A stretch of DNA of 64,000 bases from positions 1,054,001 to 1,118,000 of the forward strand of contig JBLDXI010000033.1 of NCBI GenBank assembly GCA_047495785.1. The letters run 5' to 3'. The notes below the pieces were generated by a model, which was given only the letters and a program-made list of their open reading frames with translations, searched no databases and was not told where the DNA came from. Position 1 is the stretch's first letter, and every line of letters begins with the position of its first letter. The stretch comes from Lepidodermella squamata. Lineage: Eukaryota; Animalia; Gastrotricha. Shown here one piece after another: positions 60,284-64,000 of this stretch. Position numbers and translations under genes: made by a program.

Positions 60284-62000
60284 TAGGAACATTTCAAGTC
60301 AAGTTATTTTTTTCCAAACCGCAGCTAGCTGATATTGCAGATTTGAATAAAACGCTCTCGAGATGGTTTTTCATGTTTTCGGCATTATTTTTTCATTGAG
60401 TTGCGAGTAACGAGAAGAAATGGAGAAAAATTAACTTTCGCTCGAAAAATTCTGAAAAATAACCCATAGGTGGGCAGGATGATTCCTCAGTTTTCATACT
60501 CATTTTGATAATTTTTGTCTGATTTTTGGAAATTGAATGTGTTTGCCCAAAAGGAGACAATTGGCGGGTTTTTTTGACGGGCGCATCTGAATGAATATGT
60601 ATTAGTATGCCCAGGCGTTAATTTGAAGTATCCAAATGTCCAAGGCCCAAGTGAACAAAATACCGGCATGCTTTCAATTATTTTTAACTTCAAAGCATTT
60701 CCTTCTTATTTTGATTTGATATATAATAAACCAAAATCTTATCGATGTAACAGTTTGATCAAGCGTTGATATATGAGATCAAGCCACTCCTACATATTTC
60801 GTTAACTGCGGCAAAAAATTGAGTTTAAACTTGTTGATGTCTGTTGTCTGTTTCAAGGTTATTAGGTAAAGAGCAAAAAGCCAATATTTTTTTCTTTAAA
60901 CTTGCCACCTTGTTACCTTGAAATGGACATAATAAACAAGCTGAAATCCATCTTTTTTCGGCGCCGCTATGAGGATATTAAGAGAAATGCATAGTACACC
61001 TTAAGAATGTTGCGCACACTTTTAATAAAATTAAAAAAATATCAGGCCACCTGCCTGGCAGAACGACGGTTAGATTCCAGCTGAGGTCTTCACATTTTTT
61101 TAGTAACATAGTTTTTCAGTTAGACTAGTTAGCTTATTGCAGTTTTAGCTTTGAAAACCAATCCACGCCTATCAAAATGATGGCTAAAAACAAATTCAAT
61201 AGAAAAATATGACGACCTCCGCTGGAATCGAAACATCGTTCTCCCAGGCTCTTAAGCCGCCTCGCCACGGTGGTTCATGATTTCGCCACCAGGACGAATG
61301 CTTTTAGCTTTACCGAACAAGTCCCATTTTTTGTTAAACACCAGCGCGACCGCTCCCACCAACCCGACCGCACGACCACTCCCGGAAAAAAATAGTTGGA
61401 CTATGAGACTGCAAATCGAACCTCCTATAATGATCATAAACGATTTTTCTCTGTTTTTAGTCATCAACTTTGGTTTCCGACATATTCGAAGCAATTGATC
61501 GAGATGAGTGTCTAGGAAATAAAATTATCCAATATTTTATTAGATAATGGTTTAAACACACGCGAGATGAATCATTATTGCTCTAGCTCTAATCAGTTTG
61601 CTTATTTGAAACAGGTCTCGTTGTAGCGCTGTATGGCAGCGGATAATTTAATCTCATTAACGGGCTCTTGGTAATATTAGAAAACGTTTAGACGCTGAAT
61701 TTCTATGCTGTCAATGCTTCTGGTCATGGCTTTTCACGATTATAGCTCAATTTCTCATTTATCCACGCCATAGGAATACTTATATAATATGCCCAGCTCA
61801 TTTGTAAGGTCCCCACACGACCACAAAACATGATGGGCGTAGGGCACAAGATGACCTACTGATTATAGCATATAGGCCTAACACCTTGTTGCACGTGCGC
61901 GTTGGTTATGAAAATCTAGAGATGATAGGATTACCAAAGCACAACGCGCTCGTAAAAATCTTGACGAGAACCATCGCCACAAGCGACTGGACGCAATATA

Positions 62001-64000
62001 ATGCCAACATGTACCAGACTGTTCGTTATCCTAACTCTAATAGGTAAAATCAGCTGATGAATTCCTTATTGCAAATTCCACCTTAAAACTTATAGGAAAT
62101 GTACTAGCTCAAGACGATTATTCGGTCGATTTAGGTCGCAGGTGTGAGGGTGGCCAACTAAGCGATAGTTTCCGGTCTATCGCTGATTGTCAGCAGGGCT
62201 GTTCAAGAAATCGAGATTGTGCCGGTTTCAATTGGTACCCAACTCAATCTCGTTGCGTTTTAGCCTCGATTAACTGTCGCACTGCTCGAAGCCGAGATTC
62301 TGATTATTACACGAAGCCAAACTCCAGTCCCTCGCCAGTGGAAGCGCCGGAGCAACCTATTAGGCAGCAATTGACTAGTCCTAGTACGAATGAGGGTCGC
62401 AAATACCGAGTAACCCTAGGCTATACGTGCCAAGGCGGGGAAAGTCGATCGATCGGCCAAGCGAGATCGACGATTCAAGAATGCTTGAAGCTATGCAGTG
62501 TTACAGCAGAGTGTTACGGGTTCACCTGGGACGTTTCGATTGGCCAGTGTTACCTAACTACAGGGCGATGCTACTTCTCGCCGAGCAATCAATACGTGTT
62601 TTACATCAGGCCACCTACGGAATTTGGTCAGCGGAATAGTAATCCAGCGGATTTACTCGCCGCCCCGAGAAATTCAGTTGTAAATCAATTCATCAGCCGG
62701 ATAAACTGGGCGCAGAGTAATGTGCTACCTGACTACCGAAGCGGAACCGGCTGGGCTTGTTCCGGGGATTTATCGTCTCAAATAGGGCCGTCAATGTCGA
62801 CCGCCCAGGAATGTGCAGCCATCTGTGACTTGGCTGCTAATTGCCAGGGTTTCACGATCTATCTACTACAACGGCGTTGTATTGTTCGAACTACTGATTG
62901 CAAAATCGAACAGTCGCAGTGGTCTATCCTATATCGAAAGCGATGGATGACCTATGTGACAGAGGTTCCGGTCACAACGCCACAGCCTGAATCTCTCATC
63001 CCGTCGGCTCTGAACGCAGAACCTGATGATATGAACTGGAATAGGCAACTGTCAATCTCGATACCGGGGTATCAGATAAATTTAGGTGCTAACTGTTACG
63101 GCACGCGGCCAATTTTTCAACTACAGACCAATCTGATGGATTGCATGGACCGTTGTAGTAAAAATGTTGATTGCGCTGGTTTTAATTGGAACTTCGACTC
63201 GAATTTATGTGTCCCACTTAATGGCGGTTGCTCAATAGGTGTCGACCCTCAATTTGCGTATTATAGGCGAGAAGGAATGGCGAAAACAACTCGATACCCC
63301 ACTACAACCGAAACAACGACTCGGACAACAACGGTACCAACCACTTCAAAACGATGGGAGGAATATAGGACGACCCGATGGGAGGAATATAGGACCACCA
63401 CGCCTCGTACAACTACTACTACTACAGAGCAACTACCGCAGGAGAGATTTAGCTATTTTACTCGGAACGAAACTAGATGCATGAATGGGAATGCTCTTGG
63501 TCCAATTTTAACCAGCGTCGAAGAATGTATTGAAATGTGCAATAAGCTACCCGATTGCTACGGCTTCAATTGGCGACCCTTCGAAGGAAAATGCGCGGCT
63601 CGCGACCGAGATTGCGTCTTCAGCGCAACTCCTGGAACAATTTTCTACGAAAAATCCAGCGCGACTTCTGCACCTACTTACTATGAAAGATCGACAATTT
63701 CAACCACCACAACTGAACTAGCGACTACTGTCTCTTCTACGGCGTTGAACGCTGAGGAGGAAGACTCGGCGCTGAATTATGCCGACTACAACGGTATGAG
63801 GTGTTCCGGTGGCGTGAAAATCGGCGAGATTTTGCCGAATCTCGGCGATTGCTTCAAAATGTGCGATCGATTGCCGCAGTGTGCCGGCTTTAATTGGCGT
63901 CTCAGCGATCGCGTATGCGTGGCACGCACGAGCCAGTGCGAGACAGGCCCCATGGTTGATTCGATTTTCTATAAAAAGAAAAAGACGCAAACCGCTGAGC
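62001..64000 (+). CDS. Secreted multi-PAN/Apple-like protein, at least 6 domains, 3'-partial; intron 62044-62095 (absent from the ORF track)
   Basis: MPTCTRLFVILTLI|GNVLAQ; one frame stays open from 62096 to the window end with six repeats such as CAAICDLAANCQGF and CFKMCDRLPQCAGFNW. Confidence 0.85.

Noticed and set aside
61252-61494. 80-aa ORF resembling a LINE endonuclease fragment (LFFSGSGRAVG...VALVFNKK)
   Set aside because: One short motif only; no other APE motifs.

Overview
Eukaryotic (invertebrate animal) DNA from a compact genome: standard code, mostly ~45-70 nt GT-AG introns, AT-rich spacers. No prokaryotic features, CRISPR or rRNA were found. From left to right: (1) a tandem array of 8 EamA/DMT (SLC35G-like) 10-TM transporters plus one pseudogene fragment (0.4-18.2 kb), interleaved with a divergent Cys-loop ligand-gated channel, a CACT-ended DNA element and an orphan secreted peptide precursor; (2) a second divergent Cys-loop channel whose stop codon abuts the last EamA stop; (3) a Sushi-domain protein, an intronless secreted PKD/REJ protein and two secreted double-stefin cystatins; (4) three tandem SLC13 Na+/carboxylate-sulfate transporters with largely non-shared introns, including two consecutive 7- and 8-nt microexons; (5) two duplicated catalytically dead trypsin-like genes around a transposon-like insertion; (6) a GC3-rich small HSP, an N-terminally extended globin and a 5'-truncated LINE; (7) a GPI-anchored Q/N/P heptad-repeat protein and two PAN/Apple multi-domain genes, the second running off the window and missing from the ORF track. 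Best candidate new systems: a co-clustered SLC35G-like + SLC13 organic-acid transport locus with GATA-rich promoters, rapid intron turnover among tandem paralogs, and a protein with PrP-like architecture. Gene models were spliced by eye and family assignments come from motif recognition, not database searches.
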